A DNA stretch of 63,363 nt, filler included, from Peribolospora baueri (lineage: Eukaryota): assembly GCA_029717555.1 (NCBI GenBank). It is 17 parts of 17 records of this genome, joined end to end, with 100 filler letters (N's around TTAATTAATTAA, not from the genome) between each part and the next. Parts side by side here need not be neighbours in the genome. Positions count along the whole stretch, not along the records: positions 23,961 to 27,660 come from JAMDHS010000209.1; positions 27,761 to 31,290 come from JAMDHS010000210.1; positions 31,391 to 34,882 come from JAMDHS010000211.1; positions 34,983 to 38,370 come from JAMDHS010000212.1; 13 more parts are not named here. One strand, written 5' to 3'. This document shows, piece after piece, positions 24,620-36,805 of this stretch (its first letter is position 1; each line of letters opens with the position of its first letter). The translations under genes were made by a program, and so were the position numbers. The notes under the pieces were generated by a model, which made no database searches, was not told where the DNA came from, and saw only the letters and a program-made list of their open reading frames with translations.

Positions 24620-25680
24620 ATCCGTCTCCGCCGTCTTACCCTGGAGAAGTCCCTACCTTCCCATGCCCTCCATACCAACCATAGCCATCTGCAGGCGCTC
24701 CCTCCTTTTCTTCTTCCCGTCCTCCGCAAGAAAGTCGAAGAACGTCTTACCCGGCCTGTCAAAAGCCCTAGCAAAGGCCGCTTCCTTTGCGCTCGGGCTC
24801 AACGCCGTCTTTGGATCTAGGCAATTCTCAGCAAGGCGGGAAGAGGCTTTAAAGATGTCGTCAGTTGTGCAGCAAATGTAAGCGTGCATAGGGTGCGAGG
24901 AGAGAAGGACGTGCGAGTGGGGGTTGAGAACGTAACGGGTAGGAGAGACCTGGCGGAAAAGGTGCATAGTGCAGAGCGTGCTCATCAATTGGGCTGTCGG
25001 TACGCCAAGATGAAAGAGGTCGAGTCAGCGTATTCGGCACACATACTCCAGGCGCGTTAGAGACTCACCAAGCTTGACAGGTGACATGCCCGTGCGCGCA
25101 GCAACGTACTTGATATCGGCGCCCTGCCCAGCACTGTCAAGGTCCTGAATTGCGTCTGCGACCTTGCCTTCGGCGGGGGCGCCTGCGAGAGAGCGCTATC
25201 AAAGTGAGTCGTCCATCGGAGGGCGATGGCTCGCCCAAGGTCAAGAGTCTTACCAGTGGCGGCGCTGTCGTGAAAGCCATTACCAGCATAGAAGGCGAAG
25301 GGACTGGATGGTGTGACCAGAGCATTGAGAAGCCCTGCGTAGGACGCACGTCGAATGGCCGGGCATGACCTGCGCGTCAGCAATCGTATGGTCGTGGACG
25401 CGGTGGAGATAACGAACTGGATGCCCACACCGAGGCTGAGCTTGACATACGACTCGGAGGACCGGCGACTCGCCAGAGTAGCCTCTGACCTTGGAAATGG
25501 CCTCGTGCGCCTGGAGTGTCCATGAAGAATCGGTCGAGTCGTAAGGGTGATAGTGATCGAGCGTCAGAGGAGGGAGGTTGTCCTTGCGGAGCTCCGCTTG
25601 GAGGTCGGCCACTGCGGCTGAGAGGTTATTGAGCGCAGTTTGCAGTGCGTCGGCCGTGGTTGTAGGTCCGACTTGACTTG
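24620..25680 (-). pseudogene. Truncated O-methyltransferase (N-terminal dimerisation part only)
   Basis: LMSTLCTMHLFRQVSPTRYVLNPHS...FKASSRLAE...AAFARAF...FFDFL...RERLQMAM, then an in-frame stop. No DxGGG SAM-binding motif. Confidence 0.6.
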
Positions 25681-26775
25681 AGGCAATTGAGGAGAGCGAG
25701 GGATCTGATATATCAGGGAACGAATGGGTCCAAGTGAGGGTGTTATGCAGGCACGAACAGGTGGAACGTTGTCAGGGAGGGGGCCCAACCTAGGACCGGC
25801 TCCTTCACGTCAGCGGGTAGATCGCTTCCGCTGGTTACTACCAGGTGGCCTGCTAGGGGGCGAAGAGAGAAGACTGTAGCGACCATACTAGATTCGTTCG
25901 TTGAAGGAACTGGAGGAACAGGAGAAGGGGTGGGGCATTTATACCCTTTAGGAAGGATATGGCCCGATCGTTCTTCTCTGGGGAAGGTGGGGGAGAACAA
26001 CGGAAGGAAGAACAACGAGGGGAATAATGGGATCCGCGAGCGATCGAGACTGGCGACGAGTCGGAGGGCCACGTGACCGCGTTTAGCACATTCGATCATA
26101 TTGCCGTAGCAACCCGAGCCTCGGACACGGAGAGGCGGCCTGAAGTCGTGGACTCGGATCCTGGCTGAGGCAGAAGCGGGTTTGAGTCCGGATCGTGACG
26201 ACGTGGCACTTGTGTGCACGGTCCACTCTTCGAGTCATTTCGCGGCAACAGCCATATCCCACTTTACATGACTCATTATCCCTCGTTTCCGCACCCCCCA
26301 AGTTTCGTCCTCCATCTTGCCGAGACAGACATGATTCTGACTCTGTGCACCGCCATTCTGGTCTACCGCCATTAGAAATCCCTCCTGAACCTCAACGAGT
26401 CCTGGCCCCAGGGAGCCGCTTCATTTCGCGTTCTACAAGGTCAAGCCGACTCCCTCTGACTCGACTCGCTCGACATGACACCCAGTCCGCGAAGGCGAAG
26501 ACGGAGGCGTACTCAACGCTTCACCTTCGTCTCTCATCTGACCTGCGTTTCCGACTGTCAATTTCTCGGCATCGAGTTTGACTCCTTGCCCGCCTATATA
26601 AACTTTGTTATGTGACAGACTCCATCGTCTTGGTTTCCTCACCGCATACAAATTCGGTAGCATCTTCACACGGACAAACCACTTCGGCCCTTTTGTTATT
26701 TTCTTTTTCTCTTTCTTCCATTTGCCACCAACAACTTTCATAACCCAATTCAGACCAACAGCGGGTCATCCGATC

Positions 26776-27660
26776 ATGTCGTCACGTCCTTCAGACGCTT
26801 CTTCTTTCCGTTTAGTGCGCACACACGGCTATCTAGCCCTTACAGGGCCCTTTGTCGACTCCATCGCCAACGAGCACCTGCCGCTAGTACCACACAACGT
26901 CCCAGTCAAGCGGAACGACGCCATCAACGACGAATTTCACATCACGTTCTGCACCAAGGACGAGCTGCGCAGCTTGTCGGAAAAGGCCAAACAGGTGGTG
27001 GAGAGGTTGCTCGTTGCGGGAGCAGGAGATCATGGATCGTCAAATCCAAAACAAGGTTTCTCCATTGACCTAGGCCGGATTATTCCGCTTGGTCTCGGCC
27101 AAGCGAAGGCCTCCGACCCCGGCAAGGAAAAGACGACATCCTCGTTCTCCTCCGGCTCTCCTAACGTCTCCTTCGTGGTCATTGCTTGGGCGACGGGCGA
27201 TAAGCTCCGTCGACAGCTCGGCCTGCCGCTCAAAGATTTCCACATCACCATTTCGAGGTGCGATGAGCATAACGTCGAGAAGGGCGTCTGTTCCATCACT
27301 CAGGCTTCTCCGCGAGCATGCCTTGAATCCACGGCCGGCTCATGCAAGAGTTCAGTCTCCCTTGTTTTCCATCTCGACGATCTCTTTCTGCACTTTCTCG
27401 CCCGTCAAAACCTTACACACGCCTTACACGCCGCTCTCATTATCGTCTCTCGTCATGCCGGTGATTCCAGGGGCTGGGCTAGGTTGGCCGATTGGGCGAA
27501 TAGGGAAGGAAAGTGGAAGCTGGCAATGCTGAGCTGGTACAAGGTGTTGGAGCTCGAAGAAGAAGGCTCTGCATACAAGCATGATCAGCAGATAAGCAAG
27601 GTGGACAAGGCCGAGGAGAAGGCTCGCAAAGTATTCGACCACGCGATGAGCAAACTCTGT
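26776..27660 (+). CDS. 'Swiss-army-knife' RNA-repair protein, N-terminal 2H phosphoesterase plus TPR-like region (3' truncated)
   Basis: Two HxT motifs (EFHITF, DFHITI), RRQLGLPLKDFHIT..HNVEKG. The paralogous fragments at 860-2635 link this sequence to DSP and P-loop kinase domains. Confidence 0.72.
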
Positions 27661-27760
27661 NNNNNNNNNNNNNNNNNNNNNNNNNNNNNNNNNNNNNNNN
27701 NNNNTTAATTAATTAANNNNNNNNNNNNNNNNNNNNNNNNNNNNNNNNNNNNNNNNNNNN

Positions 27761-28507
27761 CCGGGCGCTTCGCTCCAAGCTTTCGAGAGCTAATGCGGTC
27801 GCCGGGACCAGGTCCAAGGACTTGCCACTCAGTCGACGAATCGAAAACTCGAGCTCGCCCTTGACCTGCCCCCCCTCAACTGGCGGGCCATCATGCAAAG
27901 ATAAGAGCTGGCGCACCTGCACTTGAGGATCAGCTTTCAGCAAAAAGGCCGAAAGTCACCGAGTGATGAGATCGTGGCCCATCGTTCGAAGGATGCACTT
28001 GAGAAAGGCAACGCGCTCACACTCGGGAATTTCGTCCAAGTTCAGGCGCACGCAAACGGCACCTAAGAACTCATTCCTTTCCGCCCCGTCTCCAGCTTGA
28101 CGAAACACTCTGAGCTCTAAGCACGCGTGATCGGGCACTCTAAAGATCAGCAGAAGATTTGCGAGAAGCGCAAGCGGGAGTGTAGGTCAGCGATGGGAAT
28201 GGCAAATGCGTGGCAGTGGAAAGAATGGCCCACGTGAGGTCAAATTCTTTATCCCACTCAGGGGCCTTGCTTTTCACGGTCTGCGTTTCTACAGGAGCGT
28301 CCGCAAAGATCGCCTGTTGTCCGTCAAGAAAGATGCGAACAAAGGCTTCTGGTCGATGGGCGACCAAACCACTTTTCCAAGCCGGAAGGCCGGTTGCGCG
28401 GCGCACTGGGAGTGAGTTCGTTCGAGAGCAGAAAACAGCTCATTTGAAGGAGGAGCGGTGACAGTGGAAGTCTGTCTTGGGAAGAGAGAGGTCTGGATAC
28501 GCACCAT
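27761..28507 (-). CDS. C2-domain protein, 5' part (possibly NLR-related), runs off contig
   Basis: VRRATGLP...RPEAFVRIFLDG...TQTVKSKAPEWDKEFDL; LELRVFRQ...NEFLGAVCVRL. Confidence 0.6.
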
Positions 28508-29110
28508 GGACTCTGATGGTGAGGCAGGATTGTAGCAACGGGGGTTGGCTGATCAACTCGGTCGGTCCGAGATCGTCAATCGCCATGGTGGCTGTGGAGT
28601 GGAAAGAGGTTAAAGTGTGGCAGTTGCGCTCGTTGATGAGGAGGCAGAGGGAACAGCAAGAGGTGAAAAGGAGGAAGCCATCTGGATGGACGATGACCGC
28701 CTTATTACTCGCACCAGGTGCGGGGCGCCGCCTTGACAGTGGCCTTCGTACAGCGCGACTTGGACAACGTGCACACGTTCACGTGCCATTGCCATGTGCA
28801 CCACCTCACGCTAGTCGGCGATAAGGCACGTGGCAGGCCAAGGTAAAGCGAAGTTCTGAACGGCGCAACAAAGCCGAATTTGGCCTGAGAGATAGTCTAT
28901 TCTTAGCAATTGCACCAGCCTGATGATAACCTCGACGGCTCATCCAAGATCCATGACAGAGGCCGACGTTGGTTATGACCGATCTCGGGGCACAGGCGGA
29001 GCCTTCGCATCAGGAGCAAACGTCGGCGGCCGTCGACCAACTAACTTTTCTTTCGGCAACACACCGAACTCTGCGGCGACCCATCTCCCATGTCCCAACG
29101 TGCTATCGTC

Positions 29111-31178
29111 ATGACCACTCAGTCCTCTGAGCCTCCTCCCCCAAGGTGAGCCCAGTCGCTTTACCCTTCTGCCAACACCGCCTTGACCCCATTCTCTGTC
29201 ATGTTACAGGTTCACAAAGCTTCGGCTCCAAGGTCCGTCTGCCCCATCCCACCGCCCATTATCACGTATGTAGTCGAAGCTGACGATAATTCAGTGCGCC
29301 ACGCCCATAGAGATTAGACTCAACGGCATCCAACTCGGCGGCCTCAAGTCGAGGAGCCATGTCTTTCTCGAACTTGCCGTCGACGACGAGCAAACACAGG
29401 CAACCGAAGCTAAGCCTTTTCGCGCCGAACTCGTCTGGGAGCAAGTGTTCGAGTTGTAGGTGCTCTCGGACTGTCCTACATGCACCGAAATAGGCTCAGC
29501 TGCCTCGGTGACGAACCTCCCCGTCACCTTTCTCCGGTCCCTTTCCTCCTAGCGACTTGCAACACTCTTCCACCTTCACCATAGATGTTTTACGAAGGCG
29601 CTCGCTACTGAGCAGGAAACTCGCGCTAGGTGACGCACGTGAGCTTGTCGGTGGATTACGGTTACAGCTAGGAGACCTTGAACAAGAGAATCCATCGGCC
29701 CGTGAGTCTTCCACTTTACTGCGTCCCACTTTCCTCTTCCCACGTCGACCTTGCCGACGCCCATGCCCTCCCTGTTGGACACAGACCGAACTCTAGGCCC
29801 TCAGCTGCGGAAAGACAATGTACTCGTCCCAGGTACCCTAAACCTCAATTTTTTCGTTCAGACTGTCGAGGACTCAGCCTTGCCCACCAAGATGGAAATC
29901 CGTATTGCTACCGACCAAGTAAAGACGGCTGACGATCGTCTAGCTCGGCTCGATCGGCCCGGAGACCTTTCGCGTCCGTTCGCCACCACGTCTAATATAG
30001 TGGATGGCTTTCTGTCCCTCGAGGCGACTACTCAATCCGCTTACTCGAAGGCGGTTAATCTCGGCGAATGGATTTCGCCTCTCGGCGACGCTATAGGGTA
30101 CCTCGATCAGGTGCTCAAGACCCTTGAGGGCGTCACAAGTGTAGGTTGAGGGAGATGGCCTCGCTTCGTCTTCGCTATGAATGCTGACCGATCGTTCTCT
30201 CTCAATCCGGACCTCGCCAGGTACACCCATACCTTGCGACGGCGTTCAATATTCTGACCGCCGGTTACAAGGTAGGTGATGACGATTGCTCTAGGCTTCC
30301 CAGAGAGGCATGGCTGGACGAACTGCATGGCTTCTTGGTTTCCATTTCGCATATGAGTTAGGCTTTAAGGCAGCAGGCCGAGCAGGACGACAATGTTCGA
30401 GACCTTGCGGTCACCATGAGGGATACCCTCGCCTTTGCAAGGGTGGCAAGCGAACTTGGCAAGATTGAAGGAACGTCTGACGTCGTGAAGGACATGGTAG
30501 AAGCTGTCGACGGATGCGCCAAAGTTATTCAGGAATATACCTCGAAGCCCTTTCTCGGTGACCATCTCCGCGTACTCACCATTCCAGTCAACGGCATCAT
30601 AACTGACACGATCACCTCGGACATCTCTTTCTTCACACGCTCTGTCCTTCAGCCCGGGCTGCCAAGTCTGCGGTTTCGTCGCAAATGGCAACCCGCATTC
30701 GGACGTGCGAGGCTAGCTTTGCCAAATTGAAAGAGAAATTTATCCTTACTCTTGACATCTGTATATGGAAGAATACCAACCAGTTGCTCAAGCTGAAGGA
30801 GAGAGGTGCGTACATGCCAAGCCACTCTACCACGATCTTCCCACTCAAAATTACGCACCCTCCCTTGACAAATTGGATAGACCGCCTCGACTTGGAAAGA
30901 GCGCTTCTCAAAGAGCTCCCTCGCGTCTCGGCAGCATACAACTCGGCCGCCGAGAACTACTCTTTCTGCACGAAAGGTACGCGCGAGGACGCGATGGCCG
31001 CTATTTTCAAATGGGTCGCAAGTGATGATGAGGAGCAGGGCCGCATCTTTTGGCTGAGCGGTCTAGCCGGCACGGGGAAGTCGACCCACGCTCGAAGCGT
31101 ATGCGCCAAGCTTGAGGAGCATCACCGCCTTGGGGCCAGCTTTTTCTTCGTACGGGACATTGCCCACCGGAAAGATCC
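29111..31178 (+). pseudogene. C2-like/helical/NACHT NLR gene truncated inside NACHT by a telomere
   Basis: CTKGTREDA..IFKW..RIFWLSGLAGTGKST..LGASFFF.RD. Upstream exons encode C2-like (VFLELAVDD..LVWEQVFEL) and helical segments, with a likely frameshift near 29300. Start codon tentative. Confidence 0.8.
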
Positions 31179-31290
31179 GGTTAGGGTTAGGGTTAGGGTT
31201 AGGGTTAGGGTTAGGGTTAGGGTTAGGGTTAGGGTTAGGGTTAGGGTTAGGGTTAGGGTTAGGGTTAGGGTTAGGGTTAGGGTTAGGGTT
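31179..31290 (+). repeat. Telomere (TTAGGG)n
   Basis: About 18 perfect units at the contig end. Confidence 0.97.
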
Positions 31291-31390
31291 NNNNNNNNNN
31301 NNNNNNNNNNNNNNNNNNNNNNNNNNNNNNNNNNTTAATTAATTAANNNNNNNNNNNNNNNNNNNNNNNNNNNNNNNNNNNNNNNNNNNN

Positions 31391-34300
31391 TTTTTTTTCC
31401 TTCCTCTCCCCCTTTTTTTTCTCTTCCCTCTCCCTCTCCCTCTCTTCTCTCTCCCTCTCTCTCCCCCTTCCCTTTCTTTCCCTCTTCCCCTCCCTTTTTC
31501 CCTCTCTTTCCCCCTTCCTTTCCCTTTTTTCCCTTTCCTCTCTTTCCTTCCTCCTTTCCTTTCTTTCCTCCTCCTCTCTTTTTCTTTTTTTCTTTCCTTT
31601 CTTTCCTTCCCTCCTCTTTTTCTTCTTCCTTCTCCTTTTTCTTTTCCCTTTTCCCCTTCTTTTTTTTTCTCTCCCCTCCCTTTCTCCTTCTTCTTTTCCC
31701 TCTTCCCTCCTCTTCCTCTTTTTCTTCTTTCTTCCTTTCTTTCCCCTCCCCTTCTTTCCCCCCTTCCCCCTTCTTCTCCCCTTTTTTCTCTTCTTTTTTT
31801 TTCCCCCCCTCTTTCTTCCTTCCCTTTCCTTTCTTTTTTCTCCTCCCTTCTCCCCCTCTCCCTCTCTTTCTTTTCTCTTCTTTCTTTTCTTCCTCTCCCC
31901 TCTTTTTCTCCCCTCCCTCTTTTTCCCTCTTCCTTCCTCTTTCTCCTCCCTCTTCCCCTCTTTTTTCTTCTCTTCTCTCTTCTTCCTTTCCCCTCTCTCT
32001 TCCCCTTTTTTTCTCTTTTCTCCCTCCTCCTCTCCCCCTCTCTTCTCTTTTTCCTTCCTCCTTTTCCCTCCTTCTCTCCTCCCCTCTCCTCCTTTTTCTT
32101 CTTTCCCTCTCCTTCTTCTCTTCCTTTTTTTTTCCCCCCCCTTCCCCTCTTCTCCCCCTTTCCCTTTTTCCTCCTCCCTTTTCCCTTTCTTTTCCTTTTT
32201 CCTTCTCCTTCTCTTTTCTCTTTTTCCCTTTTTTTTCCTCCTCCCTTTCTCTTCTTTCTTCCCCTCCCTCTCTTTTCCTTTTCCTTCCTTTCCTCTCCTC
32301 CTCCCCCCCCCCCTTTTTTCTTTCCTCTCTCCCTCCTTCCTTTTTCCCTTTCCTTCTTCCCCCTCTCCTTCTTTTTTCCCCCCTCCCCTTCCTCCTTCCC
32401 TCTCCCTTCCCCTTTCTTTCTCTTCCTCTTCTTCCCCCTCCCTCTCCTTCCTCTTTCTCTCTCCTCTCTTCCTCTTCTTCCTTCTTTTCTTTCCTTTCCT
32501 CCTCCTCTTCCTTCCTTCTTTTTTCCCCTTCCTCTCTTTCCTCTCTTTTTTTTCTTCTCCCCTCTTCCCTTTCTCCCCTTTCCTCCTTCCTTTTCTCCCT
32601 TTTCCCTTTTCCCCTCCTTTTTCCCTTTTTTCTTCTCTCCTCCTCTCTCTTTCCTCTCCTTTTCCCCTTTCTCTCTTCTTCTCTCCTCCTCTCTCCCTTT
32701 CCTCCTTTTCCTCTTCCTTCCCCTTTCTTCTTCTTTTTTCCTTCCCCTTCCCTTCCCTCTTCTCCTTCTTCTCTTCCCCTTTTCCTCTTTCTCTTTTCTC
32801 CTTCCCTCCCCTCCCCCCTTCCCTCTTCTTCTCCTTCTCTCTTTTTCCTCTTTCTTCCTCTCCCTTCCCTTCTTCCTTTTCCTTTTCTTCCTCTCCTTCC
32901 CTTTCCCCTCCTCTTTCCCTCCCCTTTCTCTCCCTTTCTTCCTCCTCCCCTCCTCCTTTCTCCCCTTTTCCCCTCCTCTCTTTTCTCTCCTCCTTTCTCT
33001 CCTTTCCTTCTTCCCCCTCTCTCCTTCCCTTCTTTCTCCTTCTTTTCTCTCCTTTTTTTTTTCTTCTTTCCTTTTTCTTCTTCCTTTTTCCCCTTCTTTT
33101 CCTTCTTCTTTTCCCCTCTCTTTTTCCCCTTCTTTTCCCTTCTTTCCCCCTTCCTTTTCTTCCTTCTTTCTTCCTTCTCCCTCTTCCCCCCCTCCTTCTC
33201 CCTTTTCCTTCCCCTTTTCCTCTTCCTTTCTCCTTCCCCCCTCTCCTTTCTCTTTCCCTCCCTTTTTTTTTCCTCCCTTTTCTTTCTTCCCCTTTCTCTT
33301 CCTTTCCCCTTTCCTCCCTTCCCCCCCTCTCTTTTCCCCTTCTTTCTTCCCTCTTCCTCTCTTCCTTTCTCCCCCTTCCTCTTCCTCTCCTTCTTTCCTC
33401 TCCTTCCTTTCTTCCCTCTCTTCCCCCTTTCCCTCTCTCCTCTCTCTCTCCCCCCCCTCCCCTTTCCCTTTCTTTTCCTCCTCCTCTTTTCCCTCCTCCC
33501 CTTTTTCTCTTTCCTCTCTTTTTCCCTTTTTCCCCTCCCTCTCTTTTTTCTCCTCCTTTTTCTCTTCTTCTCCTTTTCCCTCCCCCTCCCTCTCTCTTCT
33601 TTTTCCTTCTTCCCTTCCTCTTCTCTTTTCTTCCCTTCCCCCCTTTTTTCTTTCCTTTCCCTTTCTTTCCTCTCCTTTTTTCCTCCCTTTTCCTTTTTTT
33701 CTTTTTTCTTTTTCTTCCCCTCTTTTCCCCCCTCCCTCCTTTTTCCTCCTTTTTCCTCCTTTCTCCCCTCCCTCTCCCTTTTCCCCCCCTTTTCCCCTTC
33801 CCCTTTCTTTTTCTTTTCCTTTTTCCTCCCCCCCCTTCCCTTTTTTCCTCTCTCTCCTTTCTTCCCTCTTCCTCTTCTTCTCTCTTTTCCCTCCCCTTTC
33901 CCCCCTTTCTCCCTTTCTTTTTTCCTCCCCTCTTTCCTCTCTCCTTTTCTTTTTTCTCCTTCTCTTTCTTCTCTTCCTCTCCTCCCTCCTCCTCCTTCTT
34001 TCCTCTTTTTCTTTTTCCCCCCCTCCTCTTTCCCTTTCTCTTTTTTTCTCCCTTCTTTCTCCCTTTTCTTTTTCCCCTCCTTCTTTCTTTTCTTCTTCCT
34101 CTTCCTTCCCCTTCTTCCTCTCTTCCCCTTTTCTTCCTCTCCTTTTTCTTTTCTCCTTTCCTCTCTTTCCCTTTCTCTCCTCTCCCCTCTTCTTTCTCCT
34201 TTCTTCCCTCCTCTCCTTCCTCCTCCTTTCTCTCCCCTCCTCCTTTTTCCCTCCCCTTTTCTTCTCTTCCCCCTCTCTCTTCTTCTCTTTCCCCCTCTCT

Positions 34301-34882
34301 TTCTTTTCCCTTCTTCTTTTTCTTCCCTTCCTTCTTCTCTTTCCTTCTTCTTTCCCTTTCCCTCTTTTCTTTTTTTCCTCTCTTTCCTCCTCCTTTCCTT
34401 TTCCCTTTTTTCTTTCCTCCTTCTCTTCTCCTTTTTTCTCCTCTCTTCTTCTTCTCCTCCTTTTTTCTCCCTCTTTTTTCCCCTTTTTTTCCCTTTTCTC
34501 TTTTTTTTCTTCCCCTCTTCTTCTCCTTCTTTTTCTTTCTTTTCCTCTTCTCCCCCCCCCCTCCTCCCCCTCCCCCCTCTTTTTTCCTTTTCTCTCTTTC
34601 TTCTTCTCCTTCTTTTTCTTTCTTCCTCTCCCTCCCTTTCCTCTTCTCTCCCCTTCTTCTCCTCCTTTCTCCCTCTTTCTCCCTCTCTTCCTCCTCTTCT
34701 TCCCTCTTCCCTTTCCCTCCCTTCCTCCCTTCCTCTCTTCCCCTTTCCTCCCTTTCCCTTTTCTTCCTTCCTTCTTTTTTTTCCCCCTCTTTCCTCCTCC
34801 CTTCTTCCTTTCCCTCTTTTTCTTTTTCCTTCCCCTCTTCTCCCCTTTCTTCCTTTTTTCTTCTCTTCCTTCCCTCCTTTTT
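31391..34882. other. 3.5-kb aperiodic C/T-only contig, probable sequencing/assembly artefact
   Basis: No A or G seen; no period visible; occupies the entire contig. Confidence 0.8.
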
Positions 34883-34982
34883 NNNNNNNNNNNNNNNNNN
34901 NNNNNNNNNNNNNNNNNNNNNNNNNNTTAATTAATTAANNNNNNNNNNNNNNNNNNNNNNNNNNNNNNNNNNNNNNNNNNNN

Positions 34983-36803
34983 CCCATAGCATTGCCATTC
35001 TCCTGGACTTCAAGGCGGCATATGACTCGGTCAAAGCAGAGCATGTCATAGCAGCACTTGCAGCTAAAGGGGCCCCAGCCCATTGGCAGGCTCTAGCCTT
35101 CTCCTCAATGACCAGCGGCGCCTCAGCATCCCTCGTCGTCAATGGACTTGAAACAGCCCCGTTCGAAAGACACTGTGGCCTCCCACAAGGAGCCCCAATC
35201 TCCCCGGTCCTCTTCAACTTCTTCATAGATCCACTGGTGGGGAAGCTCAACCCAAATGGCCCAGACTACCAAGGCGGCTATCAAGGCGGCTATGTGGATG
35301 ATAATGGTTGCCCCCGCTCGCCCTCCCACCCACTTGCTACCCCCTCCGGCCTCTTCTTTGCCGATGATGGAGCTATCTGGGCCAGGAACAAGTCAGAGGC
35401 CCAACGCCTCCTCCAGGAGGCCACAGAATGGGGGCAGAAGCACGATATGACCTACAATGTCTCCAAATGCGGTATTGTGGCTCCTTTTCCTGTCCACCTC
35501 TCCATCTACGGCACTCCCATCCCGCAGGTAGAGAGCTACAAGTACCTCGGCCTCCCCCTTACACCGAGGGGGATCCACTTCGCAACATACATCAACAAGT
35601 GTACCGTCAAGATGGATGGACTCCTTCGCTTCTTGCAGGCGCGGGGCGGAGACTGGCCCCTCGCCAACCGGCTCACGGTCTACCGTGCTTTCTGCCGGCC
35701 CATCGTTGACTATGGCGCACCGCTCGCCTACCACTGGATCCGAACCAAGACACGAGAACGCCGGCCTATCTTGGCAGGCCTTGACCAGCACTTCAAGCAG
35801 GCCGTCACTTGGATCTCAGCACTTCCAGATAAGGCGACCAAGCTCGCTGTCGCCCTCACAGGCCTCACCCCCCCTTGGGAACGCTTTGAACACCTCGCCC
35901 CAGGCCTCCACCAGCATATCCTTGTGCGAGCCGGTGACACAAATCCCGCACGTGTCCTTGCAGAGCGCAATATGCTTCCGCTTGAATCGTGCCTTGTCTC
36001 ACTCGTCAAATTCTGCCCCAGATCGCGCATATTCAAGAAGTGGCGCAGCTCCCAGACAGAAGGGACCACAGCCTCCCTACAGGCATGGCAGCATGCCCAG
36101 CGCAAGGAGTATCTTGAGAGGGTCGAGAATGTCGGCAAGCTTGGCACCTACATCGACCACACGTCGAAAACCCCAGGACTCACCGACAGGTGCTTGCTCA
36201 TCAAGGATCGACAGCAACGTCAACTGGCACTCCGATGGCGCAAGGGGACCTTCGGCTTGGGTAAAACATGTTGCTGCGGCGCAACATTCCGCCGGACCCA
36301 TGTCGACACATGCTTCCAGGACATGATCATACAAACGACGAATGATCACAGTCAACGCCACAACGCCCAACTGCAACGAGATTTCAATCGAGCCATAAAT
36401 GGCCGCAAGGGATACACAATGCTCGATTTCCTCCTCAACCGCACCAAATATCGACCGATAGGCCTTCACCTACTCAACATAATTGGCGCACAACTGGGCC
36501 TGCCAGACACAGACGTACACATCGACCTTCCGAGGATTTCGCCCGTGCCAGACGGAATATCTCCCTTCACATCGCTCCCCCATACCCAGACCCTACCAAC
36601 ATAACTATGGCTCCACTCTCCCTCACTCTCTCTCGCCCCACTCCATCTCGCTCTCTCGACCCACTCCCTCCCCCTCTCTCACCCACTCCTTCTAGCTCTC
36701 TCGCCCAACTCTCCTCGCTTAATCCCCTCTCGTCCTGTAGTTAACACACGCAACCCTTAAGTGGGAACAGTAGAATAACACTCTTAAAACCTAACCCTAA
36801 CCC
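34983..36803 (+). mobile_element. Non-LTR retrotransposon, 3' half, ending in a telomeric CCCTAA tail
   Basis: RT ORF plus ~185-nt 3' UTR ending ...AGAATAACACTCTTAAAA-CCTAACCCTAACCC. The same terminus recurs at 36920, 40979 and 41003. Confidence 0.9.
34985..36604 (+). CDS. LINE-type reverse transcriptase ORF with C-terminal Cys/His knuckle (5' truncated)
   Basis: LLDFKAAYDSV; GLPQGAPISPVLFNFFID; FFADD; NVSKCGIV; YKYLG; CCCGATFRRTHVDTC. Frame open from the contig edge. Confidence 0.93.
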   Translation, partial: HSIAILLDFKAAYDSVKAEHVIAALAAKGAPAHWQALAFSSMTSGASASLVVNGLETAPFERHCGLPQGAPISPVLFNFFIDPLVGKLNPNGPDYQGGYQGGYVDDNGCPRSPSHPLATPSGLFFADDGAIWARNKSEAQRLLQEATEWGQKHDMTYNVSKCGIVAPFPVHLSIYGTPIPQVESYKYLGLPLTPRGIHFATYINKCTVKMDGLLRFLQARGGDWPLANRLTVYRAFCRPIVDYGAPLAYHWIRTKTRERRPILAGLDQHFKQAVTWISALPDKATKLAVALTGLTPPWERFEHLAPGLHQHILVRAGDTNPARVLAERNMLPLESCLVSLVKFCPRSRIFKKWRSSQTEGTTASLQAWQHAQRKEYLERVENVGKLGTYIDHTSKTPGLTDRCLLIKDRQQRQLALRWRKGTFGLGKTCCCGATFRRTHVDTCFQDMIIQTTNDHSQRHNAQLQRDFNRAINGRKGYTMLDFLLNRTKYRPIGLHLLNIIGAQLGLPDTDVHIDLPRISPVPDGISPFTSLPHTQTLPT

Positions 36804-36805
36804 AA

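Noticed and set aside
31112..31342. ORFs with (RV)n or (LG)n tails, also 38423-38659
   Set aside because: These are translations of telomeric repeat.
34985..36604. Telomerase, Penelope/Coprina or bacterial retron/DGR reverse transcriptase
   Set aside because: Motif spacing and the C-terminal knuckle are LINE-like. No hammerhead core seen in the 3' UTR and no template/variable repeat pair.
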